This document shows positions 35,953-43,634 of a stretch of 64,000 nt of DNA, piece by piece (the first letter of the stretch is position 1; the number at the start of each line of letters is the position of its first letter). The notes beneath the pieces were generated by a model, which saw only the letters and a program-made list of their open reading frames with translations, did not search any database and had not been told where the DNA came from. The position numbers and the translations under genes are program-made. This DNA comes from Chloroflexota bacterium (GTDB lineage Bacteria; Chloroflexota; Dehalococcoidia; GIF9; JBFMDU01), in contig JBFMDU010000016.1 in assembly GCA_040753815.1 (NCBI GenBank), forward strand, positions 64,811 to 128,810. Direction: 5' to 3'.

Positions 35953-37101
35953 ATGCCTGCTAAGAAAAGCTACAAATGGCCTGAAAAACACCGCATCCTG
36001 ACCTGGTCCGGCGTCGCTGTTGATGGCGCCCATAGCTGGGCCGACCTGCTTCAGCAGGATACCGGCATGAAATTCCAGATTGGCGGCGACTACAACACGG
36101 TCAACCGCTTCCGCTGGCTGGGACGGGTCGGGCTGTCCGACCAGACTATCGGCGCTCCTAGCGAGACCAGCCAGATGGTCATGGCTGACCGCAAATATGC
36201 TGTCCGCGACGGCGGGCCTTTCCAGGTAAGGGTCGTATGGATGCAGTCCAAAGGGAACGCCGCTTTCTTCACCCGCGGCGATTCAAAAATCAAGACACCT
36301 TACGATATCAAGCCCGGTACACGCATTACCGATATGAACCCCTACGCTGCCGCCACCCGCGTCGTCGAAGGCCTGCTGGCCTGGGCCAAGGTCGATCCCA
36401 AGGAAATCCAGTGGGTGCCGGTCCACAATCCAGAAGAGAACATCGGGGCCGTTGTTTCAGGCAAGGCCGATATCTGCTTCAGCTTTCCTATCAACCCGCT
36501 TATCCACGAAGCCGCTAAGAACCCGCTCGGCCTGGGCATTGTAGAGACCAACGCTGAGAAGGACCCTGAGGGCGCCAGACGCTTTCGCGAAAAGGACCCG
36601 CTGGTCAATTTCGGCATCATTCCTGAAGAAAGCCTCAAGGCCGCCGGTGGCAAATGGGGCACGCAGGGCCTCAACCTGGAACTGACCAACGAACGTGTTG
36701 ACGCCGAACTCATCTACCACATCGCCAAATGGCTCGATGAGAACTACGACCGCTACAAGGACCGCCATAGAGAGAACCGATTCCGCACCCGTTTCTGGTT
36801 GATGAAAGCGCTGGAGCAGACTTTTGTCCCCGCCCATGAGGGCCTTATCGCCTACTTAAAGGACCTCAAGCTCTGGACCGACAAGCACGAGCGGCGCCAG
36901 CAAAAGAACCTGGAACTGCTAACCCGCTACTGTGACGATTATCAGAAACTTATCTGGGCGGCTGATGACGCCAACATCGAGGTCACCCCCATTAACGAGA
37001 AGTGGGTGCGTCTCTGGACGGAATACCGCGACGCGGTACTGCCGCCAATCAAGCTTTTCACCAGCCTCGATGACGAACAGATGGTTGGCGACATTGGTTA
37101 A
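35953..37101 (+). CDS. Leaderless TAXI-type protein, paralogue 5
   Basis: 382 aa. Starts MPAKKSYKWPEKHRILTWSG with no signal peptide. Contains NTVNRFRWLG, ETSQMVMADRKYAVRDGGP, YDIKPG and AHEGLIAYLKDLKLW. GGAAGGAG RBS. Confidence 0.7.
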   Translation: MPAKKSYKWPEKHRILTWSGVAVDGAHSWADLLQQDTGMKFQIGGDYNTVNRFRWLGRVGLSDQTIGAPSETSQMVMADRKYAVRDGGPFQVRVVWMQSKGNAAFFTRGDSKIKTPYDIKPGTRITDMNPYAAATRVVEGLLAWAKVDPKEIQWVPVHNPEENIGAVVSGKADICFSFPINPLIHEAAKNPLGLGIVETNAEKDPEGARRFREKDPLVNFGIIPEESLKAAGGKWGTQGLNLELTNERVDAELIYHIAKWLDENYDRYKDRHRENRFRTRFWLMKALEQTFVPAHEGLIAYLKDLKLWTDKHERRQQKNLELLTRYCDDYQKLIWAADDANIEVTPINEKWVRLWTEYRDAVLPPIKLFTSLDDEQMVGDIG

Positions 37102-37111
37102 GGAGGTCTTA

Positions 37112-38152
37112 ATGAACGATACCTTTCTAAGAGCTTGTCGTGGCGAGCCGGTTACCTATACGCCGGTCTGGGTAATGCGGCAGGCAGGACGCAGTCTGCC
37201 CAGGTTCCGCAAAATCTATGACCGCCTCGGCTTCATGAAGATGATTCTCGACCCGGATATATGCGCCGAGGCGACCGTCATGCCCGTTGATGAACTCGGC
37301 GTTGATGCCGCCATTCTCTTTTCCGACATGCTCAACCCGGTAATGCCGATGGGCATGAATCTTGTCTACGAGGTCGGCAAAGGCCCCAAGTACGAACCGC
37401 TAATCAGGAGTAAAGCTGAGGTTGACCGCCTGCGCGTACCTGATGCTGAAAAAAGCCTGGACTATGTGATGAAAAGCATCAAGCTGGCTTCAAAAGCCCT
37501 AAGAAACAAGGTGCCGCTTATCGGGTTTTCCGGCGCGCCGTTTACCCTTGCTGGCTACATGATTGAAGGCGGCCAGTCAATGCGCTACTTCTACACCAAA
37601 CGGATGCTCTTTGAGGAGCCCAAGACTTTCCACGCTTTGATGACCAAGCTGACCGACTTCACCTGCGATTACGTCAATGCCCAGGTCAAGGCCGGCGTTG
37701 ACGCCATGATGCTGTTCGAAAACTGGGCGGTGATTCTGAACCGGCGCGACTATGCAGAATTCGCCCTGCCCTACGTCAAACAAGTGGTGTCATCGCTGAG
37801 AAGAAACGGCGCCAGAGCGGTTCCGATAATCATCTTCTTCAACGGCTTCTCCGCACTCGCCGACGAAATTAAGGCTACTGGCGCCGACGTTATCGGCATT
37901 GATTACCGAACCAACCTTGACCAGGCCATCAAGAAACTCGGACCGCGTTTCGCCGTCCAGGGCAACATCGACCCCTTTTGCCTCTTCTTGCCTCAGAAGC
38001 AGATGGAGACACGGGTCAAAGAAATCCTGCGCATGGGCGCTAAGGCTAAAGGGTTCATCTTCAACCTCGGCGAAACCGTCCAGCCTGAGACGCCCAAAGA
38101 GCGAATTGTTGCCCTGGTAGATGCGGTCCATCGCCTGGGCAAGGCCCATTAG
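37112..38152 (+). CDS. Uroporphyrinogen decarboxylase (URO-D) family protein, HemE-like
   Basis: 346 aa from the ATG after AAGGAGG. FLRACRGEPVTYTPVWVMRQAGRSLPRF, LFSDML, GFSGAPFTLAGYM, QGNIDP and FNLGETVQPETP are colinear with HemE. The usual GHG reads GET. The ORF-track start at 36932 overlaps the upstream gene and is rejected. Confidence 0.75.
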   Translation: MNDTFLRACRGEPVTYTPVWVMRQAGRSLPRFRKIYDRLGFMKMILDPDICAEATVMPVDELGVDAAILFSDMLNPVMPMGMNLVYEVGKGPKYEPLIRSKAEVDRLRVPDAEKSLDYVMKSIKLASKALRNKVPLIGFSGAPFTLAGYMIEGGQSMRYFYTKRMLFEEPKTFHALMTKLTDFTCDYVNAQVKAGVDAMMLFENWAVILNRRDYAEFALPYVKQVVSSLRRNGARAVPIIIFFNGFSALADEIKATGADVIGIDYRTNLDQAIKKLGPRFAVQGNIDPFCLFLPQKQMETRVKEILRMGAKAKGFIFNLGETVQPETPKERIVALVDAVHRLGKAH

Positions 38153-38240
38153 TGACCAGCCACTCATTGCCCGTCTGCCATCTCTCACGTCGTCTGGTTA
38201 TCGACGGCATCTGCTTCAATGCGAGGCGGGAGAAAAACTG

Positions 38241-39512
38241 ATGGTCATGGTAAATGGCAGGTCTCTGCCTCAGGATGAATGGCATCGGAAGTATTACTGG
38301 GACCTCCGGAAAAACGCATGGAACTGCGCCCGCTGCTCTATCTGCAAGTGGGTTGATTCCTGGGAGGTTAAAGACCCCCGGTTTGCCAAAGTCTGTCCCT
38401 CCAGCCAGTACTACTTGTTCGATGCCTATTCCTGCCAGGGGCGTATGGATATCTCGCTAGCTCTGATTGACGGGCGGCTGAAGTACGACGATTCCCCCGG
38501 GCTTCTCAATATTTACTACCGGTGTAACACCTGCGGCGGTTGTGACGCCGCCTGCAAACGTGTTCAGGACATGGAGCCTCTCCGAGTCATGATTGAGATG
38601 AGAACTCGCCTCGTCGCCGATGGCCAGCTCCTGCCACAGCATATTCCCCTGATTGAGAACCTCCGGCGAGAAGATAACATGCTGATGGAGAAGAAAGCCG
38701 GTCGTGGCCGGTGGGCGGATGGGCTCGCCGTCAAAGACCTGACTCGTGACAAAGCTGAATATGCTTTCCATGCCGGCTGTCGTTCTAGCTTCGACCATGA
38801 TTCACGGGAGGCGACGCGGGCTGCTGTTTCTCTTTTAACCGGCGCCGACCTTGACATCGGCATCATGGGTAGTGACGAAGCCTGTTGCGGCGGACGGGCT
38901 TACTCCATGGGCTACCACGGCGAGTTCACCAAGTATGCCGAGCATAATATCGAATCCTGGAGCAGGGCTGGCGTCAAGACGGTGGTCACCAGCTGTGCTG
39001 ACTGCTACTACGCTATCAAGCGCCTCTATCCTGATCTAGGAGCGAAGTTCGAAGTCCTCCATGTTATTGAGTTTATTGACCGCCTGCTTCAGCAGGGTAA
39101 GATAACGTACAGAAAAAGTCTTCCGGCAAGGGTAACCTACCATGACCCCTGCCATATTGGGCGCCGTCTATCTCAGGCGCCCGGTTTCTATATCCCGGGA
39201 CAGCCTATCATGGGTCTCTATGAGGAGCCAAGACACATCATCTCCAGCATTCCAGGTATCGAGTTGGTCGAGATGGCCCGCATCAAGGAATACGCCTGGT
39301 GCTGCGGTGCCGGCGGCGGCGTTCTAGAAGCCTATCCCGAATTCAACCACTTCACCGCCACCGAGAGGATTCGTGAAGCCGTCGAAACTGGCGCCAGCGC
39401 CCTAGTTACTGCTTGCCCCTGGTGTAAGAGGAGTCTCAGCGATGCCGCGACCAGCCTGTCCGCGAGGCTCGAAGTCCTGGACATAGTCGAAGTACTGCAA
39501 CGGGTCATCTAG
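38241..39512 (+). CDS. Fe-S oxidoreductase with two CCG domains (HdrD/GlcF/LutA-like)
   Basis: 423 aa from the ATG at 38241. Cys clusters [10 protein letters not shown] and [11 protein letters not shown]. Two CCG motifs ([14 protein letters not shown]) and YHDPCH. Confidence 0.8.
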   Translation: MVMVNGRSLPQDEWHRKYYWDLRKNAWNCARCSICKWVDSWEVKDPRFAKVCPSSQYYLFDAYSCQGRMDISLALIDGRLKYDDSPGLLNIYYRCNTCGGCDAACKRVQDMEPLRVMIEMRTRLVADGQLLPQHIPLIENLRREDNMLMEKKAGRGRWADGLAVKDLTRDKAEYAFHAGCRSSFDHDSREATRAAVSLLTGADLDIGIMGSDEACCGGRAYSMGYHGEFTKYAEHNIESWSRAGVKTVVTSCADCYYAIKRLYPDLGAKFEVLHVIEFIDRLLQQGKITYRKSLPARVTYHDPCHIGRRLSQAPGFYIPGQPIMGLYEEPRHIISSIPGIELVEMARIKEYAWCCGAGGGVLEAYPEFNHFTATERIREAVETGASALVTACPWCKRSLSDAATSLSARLEVLDIVEVLQRVI

Positions 39513-39559
39513 TTCTTTATCAAGCGAGAGTAAAGAGCAAATCAAAAACGGAGACGCTA

Positions 39560-41137
39560 ATGCCGCACGGCGATGAAAAGCACACCGTCATATTGAGAGA
39601 GCTCCAGGCCATGCTTGGTACGGAATTTGTCTCAGACGACCCGGCTATGCTGGAGGCCTATAGCCGGGAATCCCAAACTCCCTCATTCCAGACTCGCGGC
39701 CGGTACGAGTTCGTCGTCCTGCCGGGGAACACCGAAGATGTCCGGCAAGTGGTCAGGCTGGCTAACCGCCTCCGCTTCCCTTACTCTGCGTTCAGCACCG
39801 GGTTGTACTTCGTAACCGCTTCTGCGGTGCGGCCTTACTGGTGCCTCCTCGATCTGAAACGTATGGACCGTCTCGATATAGAAGAGAAGAATATGTACGC
39901 TCTCGTGGAGCCATATGTCACACACGCCCAGGTTTCGGCTGCCGCCATGCGGAAAGGCCTCTTAAATGGTACCCCTGAAGCTGGTTCCCAGTCGTCCAGT
40001 CTGGCCAATCATATCGCCTTCGGCTTTCAGGGCACGGCTTATCGCAGCGGCTTTGCGGCGCGAAATGTGCTTGGTGTCGAGTGGGTGCTACCCTCCGGAG
40101 ACGTCTTGAAGACCGGGGCCTTATCGACGGCTAGCACGGAGTATTTTTGGGGTGAAGGTCCCGGGCCGGACCTCAGGGCTGTCTTAAGAGGACTAATTGG
40201 CAGTGTTGGGGCACTGGGCGTTATCACCAGAATGGCCATCAAGCTATATCCCTGGCCGGGGCCAACACAACTACCCACCTCAGGCGTGGCTCCGGAGCGA
40301 CGCTGTGACCTGCCCCCAGACCGCTTTCGCTGGCATCTGTTCCAGTACCCGGACATGCCGCAAATGATTGAGGCCGCGCGTGAAATCAGCCGCTCTGAAA
40401 TTGGAGGCATGGTCCATTGCTGGCCGCCTACCTATTACAACTGGTGGTGGTCTAAATCGCGTGAGGAGTACTGGCGCACCTGGATCGATAGCTATTGGCA
40501 GAAAAATGTTAGCAACTGCATTGCGGTCTGCCTCTGGGCTTACGCTTCGGAAAAGCAGCTTCAGTACGAAGAACGCGTCCTGGCCGGGATCATCGCTGAA
40601 ACTGGCGGCACCCCGGTGTCGACCGAAGTGTACGATAAATGGGTCCCCTATGCGGCCAACAACTGGGTGCGCGATGCCAATGCCTGCCGCCTCATGCGTA
40701 TCGGCGGTGGCTATGCCCTTACCGGCGTTACTTTCGACTCTCTGGATGATGCCCTACGTAGTGTGGTTGCCTGCTGGTGGGTTGCGGACAAGTACACCCC
40801 ACCCCTCCTCGATAACGAGCACAAAGCCTGGATTGTTCCTTATGATCTGGGCCATTTCGCCATCGCGGAAACGGAGTGTCCCCGTGAGAAAACGGATGAT
40901 AATGACGCGTCCCTCGGACAGGCCACACGGGACGCCACAACCCGCATGATCGAGGAGGAGGCAGTGAACGTCTTCGCCAACCTTGGCCCGCAAGGCCCGG
41001 TGTGGAGGGCTTTTCCCCGAAACCGAGAGATACTGGAAAAAATCAAGAGAGCACTGGACCCGAACAATCTGGCCAATCCGACCCGGTTGGTCGACATCGA
41101 CGCTATCGAAAGAGCCCGCCAAAAGCCTTCGCCCTAA
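39560..41137 (+). CDS. FAD-binding (PCMH/FAD_binding_4 type) oxidoreductase, GlcD-like
   Basis: 525 aa. [20 protein letters not shown] and [30 protein letters not shown] are typical of the vanillyl-alcohol-oxidase/GlcD family. Adjacent to the HdrD-like partner. Confidence 0.75.
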   Translation: MPHGDEKHTVILRELQAMLGTEFVSDDPAMLEAYSRESQTPSFQTRGRYEFVVLPGNTEDVRQVVRLANRLRFPYSAFSTGLYFVTASAVRPYWCLLDLKRMDRLDIEEKNMYALVEPYVTHAQVSAAAMRKGLLNGTPEAGSQSSSLANHIAFGFQGTAYRSGFAARNVLGVEWVLPSGDVLKTGALSTASTEYFWGEGPGPDLRAVLRGLIGSVGALGVITRMAIKLYPWPGPTQLPTSGVAPERRCDLPPDRFRWHLFQYPDMPQMIEAAREISRSEIGGMVHCWPPTYYNWWWSKSREEYWRTWIDSYWQKNVSNCIAVCLWAYASEKQLQYEERVLAGIIAETGGTPVSTEVYDKWVPYAANNWVRDANACRLMRIGGGYALTGVTFDSLDDALRSVVACWWVADKYTPPLLDNEHKAWIVPYDLGHFAIAETECPREKTDDNDASLGQATRDATTRMIEEEAVNVFANLGPQGPVWRAFPRNREILEKIKRALDPNNLANPTRLVDIDAIERARQKPSP

Positions 41138-41148
41138 AAATGTCCTCG

Positions 41149-41244
41149 TTATCATCCCGTGGGTACCCGATGAATCTGGCTAGACGAAGACCTCTCCGTG
41201 TCATACTGGAGCAAAGCGAAGCATCTGGTGACGGATGCCACCCC
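41149..41244. repeat. REP-like elements (two degenerate half units)
   Basis: TTATCATCCCGTGGGTACCCGATGAATCTGGC and GTCATACTGGAGCAAAGCGAAGCATCTGGTGACGG both match the left-arm consensus. Confidence 0.55.
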
Positions 41245-41300
41245 TTTTAACCTCCCGACAGTGCTATAATGCAGCCACCAGCGTTGTTCGGAGGTGAAAC

Positions 41301-41687
41301 ATGTCCCGAGTCCTGCTTTCCGTGATTGCCCTGACTCTAGCTGTCGCGCTGCTTGCCGGATGCGCCGCCGGTGCTCCACCAGAGTACACCGATGATAAAG
41401 TACCGATCACCGCTAGCGTGGGCAAACCTTTCGTGATTGCCCTTGCCTCAAACCCGACTACCGGCTTTTCCTGGCAGCTCAACTACGACACAATGATACT
41501 TACTCTCACGAATAAGGACTATGTCCAGGACCCCGGCGCAGCCGGTAGAGTCGGCGCCGGCGGTACCGAAAAGTTCACTTTTCAGGGCGTCAAGACAGGC
41601 ACCACCAAAGTGACTCTAACTTATCAGCGCCCCTGGGAGAGTGTTCCCCCCACCGAGACCAAGACTTTCAGCGTAACTATTAGATAG
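41301..41687 (+). CDS. Chagasin-family (I42) cysteine-peptidase inhibitor lipoprotein
   Basis: 128 aa. Lipobox LLAGC. The NPTTGFSW motif plus the GTEKFTFQG and LTYQRPWE beta-strand motifs are typical of chagasin/ICP. Confidence 0.75.
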   Translation: MSRVLLSVIALTLAVALLAGCAAGAPPEYTDDKVPITASVGKPFVIALASNPTTGFSWQLNYDTMILTLTNKDYVQDPGAAGRVGAGGTEKFTFQGVKTGTTKVTLTYQRPWESVPPTETKTFSVTIR

Positions 41688-41717
41688 CACACTCTATCTA
41701 CTATTTGACACAATTGG

Positions 41718-42515
41718 ATGGCCAATCCGAGACGCCACGTTACGAGACAGAACGCTGACTTCTTCATCGGAGTTGATTTGTCCGATTTGGGGAGAGAAGC
41801 CCCGCGCCCATGTACTGTAGCTATTCTCGACAAGAACCTTCGTTGCCACTTTAACGAATGGGCGCGATTCGAAGATCCGGCTTCAATCATACCTCCCGAA
41901 GTTCTTAGCCAAGACTGGGTTCTAGCAATTGACGGACCACAAGGGCTTGCAGAGCACCGAGGGGCCCGGATGCGAATCTGCGAAAGAAAACTTGGGGCCC
42001 AAGCCAAATCGCCATACGTGATACGCAAAGGCCAGTTCATGGCTAATTTCGTGAGTGGCTCTATAAGACTCTTCCAATCACTATACATCGCAGGCATTTT
42101 TCACCTATTTGGTCTTCCGGATGTGGGATATTCACAAGCTAATCTCATCGAAGTCTACCCGGCCAGAATCTGGTGCGAGCTAATGAGTAGCGTAGATACC
42201 ATGCCTAAAAAGACGACCTTAAATGGTCGAAGACAACGTTACCGTCTTTTGATCGACCGTAGCCTAGAGTTTCCAAGCTTCTCAATGAAGAAACCACCAT
42301 CCCACGACGAGCTTGACGCAGCAGTTGCTGCATACTCGGCATATCTTTTCAAGCATAGAAAGACACGATACATTGGCACACAGCCACGCTATGACGAACG
42401 AAGTCGACACTTCAGAGGCGGCTTTATAGTGCTCCCTGCAATAGTGCCCCATAAATACTACAATACCAGCAACTCCCTGATCAGAGCACACTCGAATCCG
42501 GAAACAAAAGCCTGA
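41718..42515 (+). CDS. DUF429 family protein (predicted RNase H-like fold)
   Basis: 265 aa. IGVDLS, LAIDGPQGL, RICERKLG, LIEVYPARIW, KKTTLNGRRQRYRLL and HDELDAAVAAYSA are colinear with DUF429. Lower GC than the flanks. Confidence 0.55.
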   Translation: MANPRRHVTRQNADFFIGVDLSDLGREAPRPCTVAILDKNLRCHFNEWARFEDPASIIPPEVLSQDWVLAIDGPQGLAEHRGARMRICERKLGAQAKSPYVIRKGQFMANFVSGSIRLFQSLYIAGIFHLFGLPDVGYSQANLIEVYPARIWCELMSSVDTMPKKTTLNGRRQRYRLLIDRSLEFPSFSMKKPPSHDELDAAVAAYSAYLFKHRKTRYIGTQPRYDERSRHFRGGFIVLPAIVPHKYYNTSNSLIRAHSNPETKA

Positions 42516-42622
42516 TTGGGCCGCTTCACACAATGTTTCCGCTTGCCATATCTTGACATATTAGTTCCTATACGCTATCATTTAGATAGTTAATAGCTAG
42601 TTAAGTGATAGGAGAGTCGGAC

Positions 42623-43156
42623 ATGAATGCTAGTGTAATCTATGCTAGAGTTCCGAGAGAATTGAAGAGCGAACTCCTCGGCTTCGCAAAGATGGCAGGT
42701 AAACCACAGTCGGAGGCAATATCGGTTCTGATTCAACGCGGTCTCCAATCTGAACGGGTTCAGAAGGAGCTTGCCGATATACGCACGAAGCTTGAACAAG
42801 CTAACAGAGACCGCGAAACACTACGTGGGGAGAAACAGCAACTAGAATCAGAACTTACGATTGCTCGGCAATCCATGGAGAGTGCACACCGCGCCAAGGG
42901 ACACTTGGAGAGAATACTAAACACTGTCGTAGGCAAATGTTCAGTACCCGGGTGTGGAATGCCAATCAACCTCTATGGATTTGCCTATCAGCAATGTCCT
43001 AGAGGCCACTCAAAGAGTATCGACCTTCTTGAAGCTTACAAGAAGATGCCGGGGGTCGGCGAGGCTTTGGTAGCTGGTCTTGCCGTCTTCGGTGGGATCG
43101 CACTCGCGTCAGAACTACTCGGCCCGAGCAGAGCCGTGGACACACCCAAGAGATAG
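42623..43156 (+). CDS. Ribbon-helix-helix / coiled-coil / zinc-ribbon / C-terminal TM protein
   Basis: 177 aa from the ATG after AGGAGAG. The N-terminal VIYARVPRELKSELLGFAKMAGKPQSEAISVLIQRGL is CopG/Arc-like. About 60 aa of heptad-like coiled coil follow, then CSVPGCG...CPRGH, then a hydrophobic segment ALVAGLAVFGGIALA. Confidence 0.5.
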   Translation: MNASVIYARVPRELKSELLGFAKMAGKPQSEAISVLIQRGLQSERVQKELADIRTKLEQANRDRETLRGEKQQLESELTIARQSMESAHRAKGHLERILNTVVGKCSVPGCGMPINLYGFAYQQCPRGHSKSIDLLEAYKKMPGVGEALVAGLAVFGGIALASELLGPSRAVDTPKR

Positions 43157-43200
43157 GCAAGTCACAAGCCCGAGACAACACGGAAGGAAGTAAGACAACG

Positions 43201-43578
43201 ATGGATAATGCGAAAGATATTCCATACGACGAGATGTTCGAGACCCGCATACGCCAAGTTGCCGAGAGTCTGAGAGCCGCAATAGATGGCCTTAGCATGC
43301 TGCTCAGTGGGCTCGTGGATATTATAGAGTCACCCGGGGTCACCGAATACCTGAGTGATGAAGTCAAGGAAGCACTAGCCAGCACCGACGTTGGAGAATT
43401 GAAGGACAGAGTGACAAGACTACAAGTTGCTTCAGAAGTCCTGTCATGGTTACAATCCGACGAAGCGCTAACGCTTTTGTCTACTGTTCAGAATGATAAA
43501 CTGGCAACTGGCTACCAAAAGATCGGCGTAGGGATTTATAAACTACAGAAATTTCTCGGTGGCCGAAGTACACTGTAG
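43201..43578 (+). CDS. Hypothetical small acidic helical protein
   Basis: 125-aa ORF on the same strand as the two preceding low-GC genes. No recognisable motif. Confidence 0.4.
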   Translation: MDNAKDIPYDEMFETRIRQVAESLRAAIDGLSMLLSGLVDIIESPGVTEYLSDEVKEALASTDVGELKDRVTRLQVASEVLSWLQSDEALTLLSTVQNDKLATGYQKIGVGIYKLQKFLGGRSTL

Positions 43579-43634
43579 ACTACTTCTCGATCACCATCTT
43601 CCACATCAAATCCCTCTAGATAAGAAAGGACCAA

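Noticed and set aside
34780-36033. Minus-strand ORFs of 182 and 231 aa
   Set aside because: They are antisense to the leaderless TAXI paralogues, which are supported by five-fold paralogous conservation and RBS sites.
36932-37111. N-terminal 60-codon extension of the HemE-like ORF
   Set aside because: It overlaps the 3' end of the upstream TAXI paralogue in another frame. A strong AAGGAGG RBS precedes the ATG at 37112, which gives the canonical HemE N-terminus.
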